A DNA stretch of 64,000 bases from Octopus bimaculoides (GCF_001194135.2 NC_068992.1:5054432-5118431); one strand, 5' to 3'. Counted from the first letter of the stretch, positions 24,701 to 39,379 are shown. Made by a program: numbers and translations. Notes: generated from the sequence alone by a model not told the origin.

Positions 24701-27700
24701 GTGTGTATATACATATATATATATATATATTTAGATCTGTAATTGTGTGTGTATATATATATATATATAAATATATATATGTGTGTGTGTGTGTGGGTGT
24801 GTGTATGTATGTAAAATTGAGAAAATGTTGATGTAGCATTAATATAATTTATTATCTACAAAAGTACAACTTATTCTCTTACAGTTGTTTCAATTTACCC
24901 TAAAGCAATAAATCACAATAACTAAATCATGTATATATATATATATATATATATATATGTGCATATATGCATATATTTACGTATGTGTGTATATGTATAT
25001 CTGCTTATATAATATTTACATTTTAATTATATTACTATAAATCCTTTCAAATTATGAGAAATTCCTTTTTTTTTTCAATTTATATTAATTTTGTCGATAT
25101 TGTCTTCCACAATCATTTAGAGTTTTAACCTAGCGTTCATATCTCGTTATGCCGAGTTATATATTTAACATTAAATCTCTTTCACTTGATGACAAATCTC
25201 AAATTCTGCATTATTCTGAAATAATTTTTTACGTTTTGTATTCGTGTAGACATGTAAGTAATTTATTTATCATTAAATATGATAATATAAGTTATTTATA
25301 TATTTTTGAGTTATGAAACAAATTTGTAGTGACATTTGAATTTTTCATCCTAAGATAAATATCCATCTAAAAATATCTCATTTATGGCACACACACCCAC
25401 ACACAGATATACACACAAACATACACACTCACTCACATATGACGTTAGATGAATGTCCTCTATTTTGCCTACATGATTTCGACAAAGTTAAGCTATAATA
25501 TATAAAACATTAAAACCTCAAAATCTGTTGACGAAAATAGTTAATTAGTTTGTTACTACACTAAATGCGCTAGGATTAGCTATGTAGTTGCAATCGCCCA
25601 CATTAGCTCTGTAAGTAATAGAATATTAATCATTTAGGGAAATAAGGTGACAGCATCTATATTATTTCTAATTGGTTTTTCGATTCTCACAGCATTAACA
25701 ACGTTAAATCAAATTGAACTATATTTCAAATCCTCTAAATAACTTTCAGTTAACGAGATCTTAATTTTCTATCCTTCATCAATTATTTCTTTTCTTCTCA
25801 AGTATTTTTCAGAAAATGCCCTACAATCTATTTTATATTGTGCATATAGGCACGAACACATTTTGGTAAAATGTTAGGACATAAAGACATCCATCACGTG
25901 TGAGCTGTTATGATGTCAACAATTGTACCATGTTGTAAATATTCTTTTTCTATCCTATGTTGTGACGAACGGACATTGATTCTCGCAATCATTCTCGACA
26001 GACAGGAGTCGACATCAACAATCTGTCGTTGTTAATCATTTTTACGTAGGTGTGCGGTGCTACTATTACTATTATGTTCATGGCGATAGAGATTTATGTA
26101 GATGTTTAAATAATAGAAGTATTCCAACAACCACACTAATAAAACGATCTACGTTTTAAGATTGTTATGGCAGGCCAGTGTGTGACCATTGGTTTCGCAC
26201 TTATAAAGCGCTTAACTGTACACTCAACTCACCAGACGCAAATGGCCGAAGGCAAATAAAATCCCTTCGCAACGAGAGAGGAAATAGACATGGTTAGTTT
26301 GTTTTGTAAACAAGAAATATATATCCGAAATAGTCATGTAGAGGATTCTTCGAAACGGATCTGCTGGACATCAGACCCAAACTAAGATTCCCGTAAGTCC
26401 TCTTGCTCATTTGACTGCAAACTCTTACTTACGACTGCTAAAATATTCTGATAGTGCTGTACTGTCGTGACACAGAAATATAGATGCACTTCCTCACTCA
26501 CTTACAACAACATTAACAGTGAAGGCAAACATTTAGTCAACGGTCTATGCATTTCTGACTGAATAGGAGTATTAGCCAAAAGGAATGCATTTATCACCCT
26601 CAAGGATTGAAAACTAAATTTTGCTTCTAATCTCAAGTGCTGCTTCATCAACCCAATCAAATCGGAAATTAGTATTGCCTGCAAATACATACTAAGAAGA
26701 GTTAACGACGACATTAGGGTTTTTTTTCCATCTCCCCTTACGGCGTAGTTCCAATGAAGTGATTTTATAAAAATCCAGCCAAGGTAGAGGCAGAGAAAGG
26801 TCCACCCAATTAGATAAAGTCGTCTTTTTCCAAGCTATATACGAAACGCTGCTGGTTATGGTACTTTCTTTCTGTAGGGGCTTCAATGTCATTATTGATC
26901 GAAATAGTGACGTAATTATGATCATAGATAATAACTTTATTGGGTGAAAGATAGGGTGCAGTCTGTATAAGCACCACAAGTTTTATAATATGTTGATTAA
27001 CAGCAGATACCCATGGTGGATTTAATTCACATATGCTAAGTATGGAAATGTATATATTTAAAATGTTTGTGATACATTTTCTAAATGGAGGGTAGAAAGT
27101 GTTACAACATTGTACTAATGGTTGTATGAATTATGAAAATAATAAACTATTAAATGAAGCTGTTATGATTTAAATTATGAAAGCCAGAAGAAAAAGTAGG
27201 AAAGAATTGTCTGAAAGACTTCATTTCCTCCGCGAATTCGCTTTTTCGCGCTAAACTAAATATTATTCTTCTATATTATATTTTGCTCCTGTGCCGTTTA
27301 TAAATGAAAGAGATATATTCATCTTGATTCTTGCATCCCTTTATTTCTGACATAGAGCTTACGTTTGTCAACTTGAAATTTATTTCACCTCTAATGCGAG
27401 CGTTTCACTGTGCATCCAAGACGAGACTAAGATCGAAAATGTATTAAGCAATGCATCTGCAAGTAGTGAAATAACTGATTACAAACCACATATCGGCATT
27501 TTCTCTATCTCATAGCGTGTTCATCTTATTTTAGCTGTTCTTCATGATTTTCAATATGTAAAAACAATTCGGAAAAGAAACAAAAATTTTGTATTGCCTA
27601 TGTGCAAAATAATGTATTTGCTCAAAGTAGTACGTGTGTGAAGAATCTCTATAAAGTATTTCACGAAAAAAAAAAACAACAACATTTGTATCAGTAATTC

Positions 27701-28704
27701 TACATTGAAGATAAAAAGAGTTAACAGCAAGTAGCAAATGGAATGCTTATCTAGCATCTGACTTTAGAAACAGGAAGTTTTTGCTGAAAGAGATTAAGAC
27801 ATGGTATTTGATTTAATCAAGAAGTTTCTATATTTAGTAACAATAACTCTGCTTTGAATAAATGAAAATGTTGTTGGTGTATTTTCTTTCACTGTCTAAC
27901 ACTTATCTACAAACAAAACGTGCCATCGTCGGAATATCAAAATGTGTTCTTTTTTTTATTATTATTACCGTTTACAATTTACGTATTTACAGTGACAAAC
28001 CAATGGCGTAAAAGTTATATATATATATATATATGATTTAAAATGTGTTTTCTAGTATATTGCCAGTCGATTTCCCTCTCTTCCTTCCGGTCTGTAATCT
28101 ATGCTAGCCGGGTATTTTTTTCCTATGTAGAACGAGAATGTATATTTCCATTATCAACATTTAGTAAATTTCTTGTAAATTCGTATTGCTTAATGCATTA
28201 GCTTGTAGCTGTGAGCAATATAACGCTCATCTCTGTAGTTCAAATCGCTGCCTTAGGTTTTGTGATTTACCTCACATGAATAGTTATATATCTCAGTGAA
28301 TAATATAAGAAGTACGGATGTCTTTAAATTGTTCCCCTATTAGTTGATTTAGAATTATTCTCATTCTGAAAATTTGCGGCATAATATTTCATCATTTCCT
28401 TATTTCCCAATCTGTCAACAAGGAGGAAGTAGAAGTAATCTCTCATTCCACACGCATAATGATTACATCTTACTTAATTTATTTCCTCTAAAATTTGAGA
28501 CTGACCGCTGCATATTAAATACACGCCAGCAGAATAGACAGACGAATGATTAAAGTTAATTCATGTTCCATCCTATTTATGGTTATCAATTATATTTCGT
28601 CGCAATATTGTGAAAATATAAATATTTAGGACAGTAAGCGCGTCGCATGGCGTAAGTACAATGTGATATTCACAACAAACTATGAATATTTAGAGATACA
28701 AGAC

Positions 28705-28790
28705 GGTGAGTAGGTAAAATCGTTAGCAACCAGCGTAAAATGGTTAGTGTCATTTCGTCTATCTTCGTGTTCTGAGATTGAATTCCGTTA
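28705..28790 (+). mobile_element. SINE 5' fragment (same family as 37300 and 37560)
   Basis: aatcgttagc...aaaatggttag...atttcgtct...gttctgaga is shared with the 37560-37695 copy. Confidence 0.45.
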
Positions 28791-29376
28791 CCTTATCATT
28801 TATAACGTAAACATATTTATATTTCAGGTAACCACATTCAATTTCTTCGAAAATATTTTATATATTTTCAAAACTATCAGAATTATTTCGTTCGTATACC
28901 ACTATCCGGTACATTGAACATACTTTGGGATTTGTTACTTTGTGCATCATTGGTTAATCATAGATGCAAGGAATCACAGTTTCATTCTATATTTAGTCCA
29001 GAAAGCTGAATTAAAATCAAATACTCTACCCTTAAACCTCCTCTAGTAAGTTATGTCTTGCTGATTTTAGCTTTATGTAATGGTGTTTTATTTTCTCTTC
29101 TGACTCAGTATAGAATTCAGCAGATGCCAAGCTGCAGTACGACCTATAGAAATATGATCAGTTGATGGAAGTATATATTTTCATTATTATGATTGTAAGT
29201 CAGATCTATAATCAGTTTTTCATTAATGTTATGTCGCCGATATTGGAGAATACACGACATTGTTGACAATGGGCATATGTATGTATGTGTGTATGTATGC
29301 ATGTTTGTATGTATATATACATGTATGTATGTGCGTATGCATGTATACGTATGTATAACTATCTGGTTATGTATAC

Positions 29377-29424
<48 letters not shown>

Positions 29425-29779
29425 TCTGTGAGTGTTTCAGTGTTTGTGTTGGTGCTCATATATGTATACATACATACACATTTAAATATATGTTTACGAG
29501 ATTGTGCATGGGTTCTTTTGGATTGCCTAAAGCTCTAGAGCTAAGAAGGGGGCCTTTTTGAATCACTTACACAGCAGGAAATTAAGAGGTTTTGTGAAAA
29601 ACGTAATTTGTCTCTTGTTGTAGTTACATAAACAAACGCAAGTTACACATGTAATTCGAATGATAATTTTTCGTTGGTATATTTCTGTTTGTTGAAAACT
29701 GCAATTGTTCATCAAACGTGTCTCCTTTTATTCCAACATTGGCAATTGTAAATAAATTTTAAAGAGATTTATTGCTAGA

Positions 29780-30237
29780 TCATTATATTTGGTATCATGT
29801 AATCTTCTCAATGGATGTCTATAAGTGTACATGGACGGATAAACCATATTTTCTTCTGAACCTCTATTCTCTTTTGGAAGGATACATACATATCAATGAT
29901 ACCTAAATACTCTCAATGTTAGCGAATATATATACATATGGCTTACATTTAGGTAACAAGATCAATGCACAATCAATAGGGCTTCCATAGGTTCTCCGTA
30001 AATGATTCGTTAATATTAATATTGGAAAACGTAAACGACATGCAAAGGTACATGAAGCCCAGTTACAATTACAGCCGGCTATTGCCAGTAAAGGTTTCAG
30101 CTGCCATTTCAGTACAAGAACTTTAGCTGGGATAAAATTGCATATTCGATCACAGCACCGTTAACAACTAAGTCTTGTGCAATGGCCACACTCGATAACG
30201 ACGGGGCAACCATCTAGTATATGTGTATGCATATATA
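29780..30237 (+). mobile_element. RTE-clade LINE 3' end (degenerate C-terminal zinc finger, short 3' UTR, (TA)n tail)
   Basis: KRKRHAKVHE...KGFSCHFSTRTLAGIKLHIRSQHR* resembles the RTE ORF2 C-terminal C2H2-like finger. It is followed by gcaatggccacactcgataacgacggggcaaccatc and TA repeats. Confidence 0.55.
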
Positions 30238-30308
30238 TNNNNNNNNNNNNNNNNNNNNNNNNNNNNNNNNNNNNNNNNNNNNNNNNNNNNNNNNNNNNNN
30301 NNNNNNNN

Positions 30309-30340
<32 letters not shown>

Positions 30341-31494
30341 TATATATAGTGCCGTCATAAAGTTATGCTTTCTGTCTATGAGACGTGTCCGCCATTTGTT
30401 AGTGCCCATCTTGCACGTTATGATGCAATAAGCAGACCATGGCTTCTTCTGGGTAGTTTGGCATCTATATTTTATTCTTCTCCAATACAGAAATATTCCA
30501 ACTTAATGGGAAAACGTTTGTGCTCTTCTTCAACCGCATGTTGAATACTGCACTAAAAACATCTCAAACTGACCTTTCAACACTACTGGTTATTATATAT
30601 GTATGTATATTTATTCATATATACATGGATATATATGAGGGTGTGTGAGGGAGGTGTTGGTTTGTTTACGTACATTGATGTTTGCTAAAGGAGCCACATC
30701 ATGGCTGGTGCCGCTGTGTTCGCAGCTCAGTGGCTCAATTAACTGAAAAGATTACAATAAAAGATATAAATTCCCAACGCACAAGTAGAACACATAGCGT
30801 GCAATTGTGCAGATTCGAGTAATGAACAATATTGGTTATGGCTGCCGTTAATCTTTCTATAAATACTTGTCAAGCTATAGCAGAAACTAAAGATTTGGTT
30901 CATACTAGATGGATTTGCAACATGTTTATTGGAAACGAAACCGACCGGTTTTAAGTATCCATAACAATATAAGGCAACTGAATTTTGCATGGTATCTGTT
31001 TTGTGGATGTGTCCAGTTGTCTGGTATATTCAGAAATCGATTTAAGGAAGCTATCATTATAACTAGCATTAATATAATAGCTTATATACTTGTCAATCAC
31101 ATACGTGTACTTTAAAGAATATGTTCTATTTACAATATATTTCTATAACAATGTCCAGCTACTGCATGCAATATTTTGCAATGAGTGATGTAATTATCCT
31201 GACAGCTATAGCCTTTTTCATAATACTTGTTTTATTTCTCTTTATACAGCAATTACTTCAATCATACAATGCTGATGCAATTACGATGCTATCTACTGCA
31301 GACATTCACTAAATATTTTTAGTTGATTAATGCTATGTCGACGCTGTAACAAATAGATTACGTTTTGAGTAAATACCCTTCCAGTACAATATAGTGTTGA
31401 TACAGAAATTGTAAGTAAGGCAAGCTGTGAACTATTCTTCATCATATGTTGAATTCAAAGTAGAATTACTTTTGATATGTCTATGTCAATTTTG

Positions 31495-31700
31495 ATTCTT
31501 TTACTTACCGTAATCATCAAACTGTGGTCATGCTGGAGCACCGCCTTAACGAATTTATAGTTGAATGGATAGACACCACGACTTATGCTTTGTTAAACCT
31601 GGTACTTGTTGTATCTCACCCTTTTGCCGCCCAGCGAGGACGTAAATACATTAAGACCGGTTGTCAAGCCATGGTGGTATACAAACGCAGACACAAAGAT
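31495..31700 (-). mobile_element. Octopus-type SINE (3' half)
   Basis: The reverse complement contains aaggcggtgctccagcatgaccacagt...gtaaaagaatcaaaa and ggcggcaaaaggg...aagtaccaggttta, homologous to 6141-6262. Confidence 0.75.
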
Positions 31701-31799
31701 ACACACATATACACAGACAAACACACACACAAACGCAGACACGCACTTACACATACATACAAATACACGCACACATATCTATCTATCTATATATATATG

Positions 31800-31846
<47 letters not shown>

Positions 31847-32284
31847 NNNNNNNNNNNNNNNNNNNNNNNNNNNNNNNNNNNNNNNNNNNNNNNNNNNNNN
31901 NNNNNNNNNNNNNNNNNNNNNNNNNNNNNNNNNNNATATCATATTATTTATTTATTTAACTGAACGCGACGCATCCATTCTCAAGTAAGTTTGTCTCAAA
32001 TAAGTTTATATAGGGAAGAGGATTTGAAAAATGCTAAGCTATTTTAAAGATGTTTATTGACTTAACCGGTTTCACATTAAAAAACAAAGATTATCAAAAT
32101 TAAAATATAAAGGTTTGTATAAGCTTTCTTGCGTTAAAAATGATTAACCTAATTGTATTAAAATACAGTTATACAGTCTTTGGTAATGATAAGAAAATGT
32201 TAAAAAATACAATCTTTGACAATGATTAGAAAATGTTAAGAGGAGCTTTTTCTTTAAACAGTTTATATGAAACTGTTCCAAATA

Positions 32285-32660
32285 TGTAGTGAAATAAATT
32301 TATAATTATTTTAAGTTCATCAAACACAAGCGCATAGAATCGTGCACAAAGACACATTCACACCATTTTGAACTCTAAGGCCAGTCCTAAAAACCACTGA
32401 ACCATGACAGACTAGCCCAGACACAAACAATCCGTTTGATTCCACAATGCTCTCCCCCCTCCAACCAACCTCCCACATAATTTCTAAAAATTGCAAACAT
32501 TCCTTGTACACATTACAAGACAGGAGATGAAGGATGGAAAAGCTGGTAATTCCCCTAAAATTCTGTATAAATACTTAAATCTGATTCATTCTGTATGTAT
32601 GCTTTTACACAAACACTGTTCTTGATGAACTTAAAATAATGATAAATTTATTTTACAACG
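32285..32660. mobile_element. 376-bp non-autonomous TIR element (MITE-like)
   Basis: aaataaatttat(a/c)attattttaagttcatcaa (32292-32323) is inverted at 32622-32653 with 1 mismatch in 32, and extends imperfectly to TGTAGTG...CAACG. No TSD is recognisable. Confidence 0.7.
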
Positions 32661-35176
32661 AGAAGGAAAGGAAAAAGAGGACAAGTTAACACACACACAT
32701 GGACCCGCACGAACACACACGCACGCACACACACACACACATCGACGCGCGCGCACACACACACACATGGACATTAATTTGTCAGTCGATTGTTTTACAA
32801 TTAATCATGTGAAATGTTGCATATTCCTCTTTCAAATAATTATGACACGAACATATAAGTACTGCATTTGAATTTACTTCCAAATTTACTGATATACTAT
32901 CATTATTTACGCGTTTGTCTTTTAATCTACAATGAACTCTTCGATTGAAATTACAATTAATTGCCGACAAATTCTCGGTTTGTTCCCCTAATTTCTTTCC
33001 ATGAAACATATGTTGATATTATTGCATCAGTCAGCCTCATTACGAACAACACCGTCAAAACAACTGCAATGATTGTTATCATCTCCTTCATCATCATCGA
33101 TATCATCATCATCATAATCTTGATCATTATAATTATTTTCATCATCTGAATATTTTACTTCATCATCAATATTTTTTGAGCTGTTGGTATAGCTATTTCG
33201 TTGATTGTATTTCATTCAGGATATGTCGAACAAAATTCTTGTATCATTTTTCGTCTTGAAGAAGAGATCATATCGCTATTTCACCCGAATAGTAACAGAA
33301 AATGAAAATTAAAGAAATGATCTCAAGTTTATCTATAATGAATCTGTTGACATACCTTCATACGCCTACAAGAGCGATGATAAATAGCAAAATTATTGAT
33401 AATATATCGGTTCGTTTTAGATAAACATTTTAAACCTTAAATATATCAGCTTAATGACGATTGTGTAACATTGCTTTTTTCAAAACAATAATTGTTTTCT
33501 AATTTGCTTTGTATATTGTTTGCTTAACTGAAAATTTGTAGTGCATTTGTAAGCAGATTTATTCCATAGATGACAGACCATTGTAAAGAGACATTCTTTT
33601 CAGGCAACTAAAATCATATTTTCCTACAATATAGTTTTGAAGACGTAATGAATTATACCAGACATATTTCATAATATATCTAGATATATATTTACCCTGC
33701 GCTGCTTATTTGTACCATGATATGTATAATAAGTGTTTATAGTTATAGTTCAAGCCAAAGAGATCAACTCGGGTTTTCAGTAAGCTTCTGTTCACGACAG
33801 TTTCATACTGTAATGGTGAGCTTGTTACATAAAACGATCAGGAGCTTCGCAACAGGTCGGAAATGGACAAACGAGAGGACAGAAAGCGGAAAAGTTAATT
33901 AAAGAACGGCAACTTCGAAAGCGAGCAGTGCATGCGTAGTAAATAGAATAAAACAACAATTAGACAGAAACGTGAATAGAAAAAGAACAAAAGCTGTAAA
34001 GGTACGTCTCGAAAGTATTTCAAATTGTGGTATATTTCTTCCTGCTTAGGTTTTAGGCGAGCACAATAAATCAATAAAGAAATATTATTTTGTTTCCATG
34101 TTTATAGCAATTAAATAATATTTACTTGGTAAATGTTTCCGTGAGAATATTTGCACTCAACAAATATTCCATTACATAGATTTTCGGTAATTCACTGCAT
34201 AAATAAGCAATCCAAATCTTGTGAGTCAATATTGGCATCTCATGTCTTGTAGTAGTATTTTCATGGTGTCAAATTCTGGTTTTGATTTACTAACCTTTAT
34301 TATCATATTTCTCTACCTTTGTTTCATTTATTTTTCCAACGCTCTTTAGGGTTTTGTATATATTTTAGGAGAGAAAACTTTTATGTGTGTTTTGTAGCTT
34401 TTGAAGAAAGCGTATCTTCAATGAGTTTTACCTGATATAGTTTCACAATTTTTAAATAAATCCATTTTTCTATTTAGGTTTGTCACTGGGTCAAAATAGG
34501 TTACCGTGTGTCAGAAATACCCATTTAATATGTATACCATTAAAACGCTTAACGCTTGCTTTTATTATTTTAACGTCAATATTTTCTTTAAGATTTTGTA
34601 ATTATGTTGTATTTAGTGTTGTCAAAACAAGAATGAAGGCCATACCCTGCATTAATTAATCAGAAGTCAGGGTTCGTAGGTTGGAATATTACGTACAATT
34701 GTAATATTGTAAGTAATCAATGTTTTCAATTACACACATATACAGAAAGTTGATATTATACTTCATGGTAGTCGGCCATGTTTGCCGGATATGCGAATAA
34801 GAATACGATAGGTAAGGAATGAACTAGATAAGATCAGAGCTACATGTGATTCATTGCAAGTAGAACCTCGGAAGTGGTAAATATCCAAGTGAGGTGTATT
34901 CCGCAGGCTATTCGTCAGGTCAAGTGTATCTTGATTGGATGAAAGTTTACATTGTCACGCGGAGGTAATTGATAACACATGGAAGACTCAATACACACAC
35001 ACACACACACTCTGAGTTGAGAAAATGGTATTATATGCCCTTCTGATTCTAAATCTGTTTTATATTGTGTCTGAAATGGTGTGAACTTGCTGACCACCTT
35101 ATTCTTACCTTATCAATACCATTAATAACAGTAATAATACACCTTTATTATACATATACATACATGCATACATTCA

Positions 35177-35264
<88 letters not shown>

Positions 35265-37299
35265 ACTGTATTAACAATGCTGTCAATATTTATATATAAA
35301 CTGTTATATATGTCTGTGATTACGCAAGTACTTGTCCATAACCACATACACACAGTTATGTAGAAATAAATATAACTATATAAATTCTGATACTTTATCC
35401 ATGACAATGCAATGATGTACCATAGATTTCCACCCTTAAAATCCCGCTTGTTTGATTTCCCAGCGTAATGAACTTTTCTTTTCATACATCTGTATATTTT
35501 TAAATAGCAATATGATGATGCATAAAATATTAATATATACATAACAAATCGGTTCAATCAATGAGTCGGAAAATTCAGTTAAATATTTTAAATATTATGA
35601 AAAACCCAAGTGCCACCGAGTGGAATATTTTCTAACTACCAACGTTTTCTTCCCCTCGCAGTGTCCTTACTCTAGCCACATTTGACAGGACATTTCTATA
35701 TACCATCATTCTTCATATCGTTCATGATTGCCGGAAATAAGAGACATGAGACTCTAACGGCATTCCAAACTATATCAAAGAATATATCTTGCCGGGAGTT
35801 AAACATTAATTCTTTGCTCAGTCTTTTGTTGTCTATTCGTTTTTATTCATAGGTTACGCCATGATATTTTAGTGAATGTAATGATAAAAATACGAGGAAT
35901 ATTGGATTCTAAAACAATCATGATATCGTCAAAATATTCCGTTGCATAATAGATTACGGTGACGAAGTAAATGTAAATACTCTGCAACAATACGATATTA
36001 AATAATATGGCAGGCATTTGTTCTATATTATGCGATCTCAGTAATTAAGAAAATTTGATTAATGCAATTTCTATAAGGCAACATCGGTATGAAACGCTAA
36101 CATGGAGTCAGTCTCAATAAATTATTACCAATATTAACAACGTTTATATTCACTTCTGGCGCCAATGTGTGGTGGAAGTATATGCTTAGATATTTTTACT
36201 AAAACTACTTTCAATGTAAAATATAAATCGTAATATTCTTATCGATATCCAGCTTTGCCATTAAGCGTTTAATAAATTTATTTCCTACTTTGTCTACTGT
36301 ACAGGCGTGAACTGGTAAGTATTTCAGGGGTGTAAAATTATCAGCTAATTCGCTTAATGATCTTATAAAATTCACAAGAGGAAATTACGCCTCGTGATTT
36401 TAATAAAATAATTGGAGTTTGAAAACGAGAACTTAATGCAGTTACAGTGTTTTACTCACTAAACCATCCGTAGGGAATGTCATGGCAGTCCGGAGTGATT
36501 TAGTAAATTAGTGATAAATGAGAATTTTAAGTTTATATTTTTATTCATATATATTCTTGCACGTATCCAAAGAAATGTCCAGAGGGAAAATTGTTTAACA
36601 CTCACAGCATGATTGGGTTAATATATATCTGACTTACAAAAAAAAGCCTGCCATGTAGACAGGATTTCGAAGGTAATCCTGGAATGTAAATAATCATATT
36701 GCTAATACTAAACCTAAAAAATAGTAAGTATAATTCTATGTAAGACAATTGTGTATGTAACCATTTAGAATTTTCTTACGATTTCGTTCAATAGTAGTAA
36801 TGTAAATCGGTATTCCGTTAAGGCATAGATGTAAAAGAGGCTTGATATATGTAGTTATATTCAAAGACGACTACGTAATATATAGCTCTTACATGCTAAA
36901 GCATTGTGTATTTGTGAAGTTTTATATAATATCAAATGTTTTCAATGTTATAAACAATTCAACACCCCTCTTTATATTAGCGATTCGACGGACTATATTT
37001 GAAATGAAATATCCTGTTCATGAGATTTCCAGCATTCGCTGTATAGCTTAAACTCACGCTAGTGTATGCTTTTTCCCAGAGGTACTATATTACCGAATGT
37101 ATGTAGAAAATATCTCCGTGACGGCCCAGGATATCATTGTTTGGAATTATGCATTGGCGAATTATAGATATGTCGTACTGAATTACATGGTAATGCAGCG
37201 GTTGCTGCCATTATTCTTAAACTACTACTACTACTACTACACCACGAAATTGCAGGTCTGGTGTTTAAATTTGAAACCGATATTCGCTTTAAATTTACA

Positions 37300-37500
37300 G
37301 ATTGCAACTGGCGTAATTGTTTGCATACCGGACAAAGAGCTCAGTGGCATTATGCATTTCTTTACGTTCAGAGTTCATATTGTTCCAAGGCCGACTTTGC
37401 CCTTCCTTCTTTCGGGAGATGATAAAATAAGTACCGGTTGAACACTGGGTCAATGTAATCGACTTATAAAGCCACCACGAAATCGCTGGACTTGGAAAAA
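37300..37500 (+). mobile_element. Octopus-type tRNA-derived SINE
   Basis: tacgttcagagttca...aggccgactttgcc.ttc...tttcggg...gataaaataagtaccggttgaacactgggtcaatgtaatcgactta. Confidence 0.75.
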
Positions 37501-37559
37501 ATCAATAATAGTTGAAAAGTTTGGAACAGCGACAGTAATTTCAGAGAATGGAGTAAGTA

Positions 37560-37695
37560 GATACCATCAACAACACAGCTCGGTATTTATTCAATCGATC
37601 GGGTAAGGAAAAAAAGAATTAGAACGCAAATACAGACGAAATGTGACTAAGCATTTTCTGCGGTGAGCTAACGATTCGGCCAGCTCACCGCCTTA
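37560..37695 (-). mobile_element. Same SINE family, internally deleted, convergent with the 37300 copy
   Basis: The reverse complement starts aaggcggtgagctggccgaatcgttagc...aaatgcttag...atttcgtctg...gcgttct. Confidence 0.7.
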
Positions 37696-38196
37696 AGCAA
37701 GCTATTCAAATTAATAGTTTTCATATAATTCCACATACTATAAAACAATATTTAATCATGTTTTCGTATACAAAAAACGGTACGTAAACGAAGTTGTGCA
37801 TTATTAAATTCGATATATTTAATTCAAAATTGCAATGCAAACGAAAATCTCGAGTGAAATGAATGAACACCGTATTAAGAATTTTTCGGTCATTGTCAAT
37901 TACTAGGAATACATTCTTGATAATTATTCAAAAATAGAGTTAGTTAAGATGTTAAAATAATTTAGATTATTTGTATTTAACGAAGAAAATGTGTTATTCA
38001 GACTGTTGGTCCCGATTAATGATACAGTTGTCTTTGCACAAAAGTGAGTCATCGATGGCATACAAATTTATAAAACAAAGATATGCATGTTGTTAAACTG
38101 GAATAATGTTGCTTCCGCCAGGAATCGGTGAGGGATTTCCGCCACGTTAATTATTATTACAAATGCGCCACATATATATCACACGCATGCAAACAC

Positions 38197-38242
<46 letters not shown>

Positions 38243-39379
38243 CTACACACGCACGCACGGACACTTATACATATATTCATTTCTCTGCCTTTCCCACACG
38301 ATATACATATGTATATATCTATATATGTGTGTGTGTGTGTGTGCGTGTGTGTGTGTGTGGGTGTGTGTGTGTATGTGTGTGCGTGCGTGCCTGTGCGGGT
38401 GGGTGTTTGTGCGTATATAGACAATTTCTTTTCAAAGTCGTTTTAGAAATCAATATATAACGCGACGATGAAATATTCTAAGATGTCAAATCTTCACTGT
38501 TGAAGCAAAATAGAAATAGTGAAGCTGAAATGTGTACTGAGGCAAATAAATTTCCATTTACAATTAACACAATATTAGCATCAACATTCATTTTTCTCTT
38601 TAACCGTCCAAGGAATGCATTACGGATTTCTTGAAAGAAATGTTGTTCTTTCATGGGACGAGTTCTATTCTTAAAAATCATTTCTTTTAGCTAACACAAT
38701 TTCCCTCTTCTGGCTTAAACAAATATCATATCTGATATTTTGGATTGAAGGTAACACTCTTGCAAGAGTTTACTTTATACAAAACACTTGAAGTAAATTC
38801 CAGTTATAACTGGTTCAAATTGTTCCACTCTACATACTTTACTTTCAGAATAACGGTATAAACTAGTAGCCAATGATATTCTTATTTGATATGTATGTTT
38901 TCAATAGATCCTGCCACAGAATGATATTTACTATCAAACAGGCGTGTCTCCAAAAATCAATAACTTAGAATTAGAAAATATTTCAGTGTTTGATCTGATA
39001 TTACATTTAAAAAATATCAACATTAGCATCAGCTGATCATTAAAAGGGGAAACAATATAAAGTTTAAAATCAATTAACACCATGAACATTGTCGTCATGA
39101 CAACAAATCGTATTCGTTAAAATGATGATGATCATCAGTATATAAACCTCACCTTAATTGTTGTGGTTGTCATTTTCGTCGTCGTCAATCGTTAGCCGTC
39201 GTTTCCGTCGTCGATATCTTCGCCGACTTCGTAGTCGTTGTTGTTGCAAACGATATTACTGTGCTTTAGCCACGAATGTTCTTGTTAAAAATTGCTATAA
39301 TAATCTTGCAATTTGTTTAAATATGAATATCAGCTTCCACCTGATTATCATAATTATCATCCAGTTTGTCAACCTCTTC

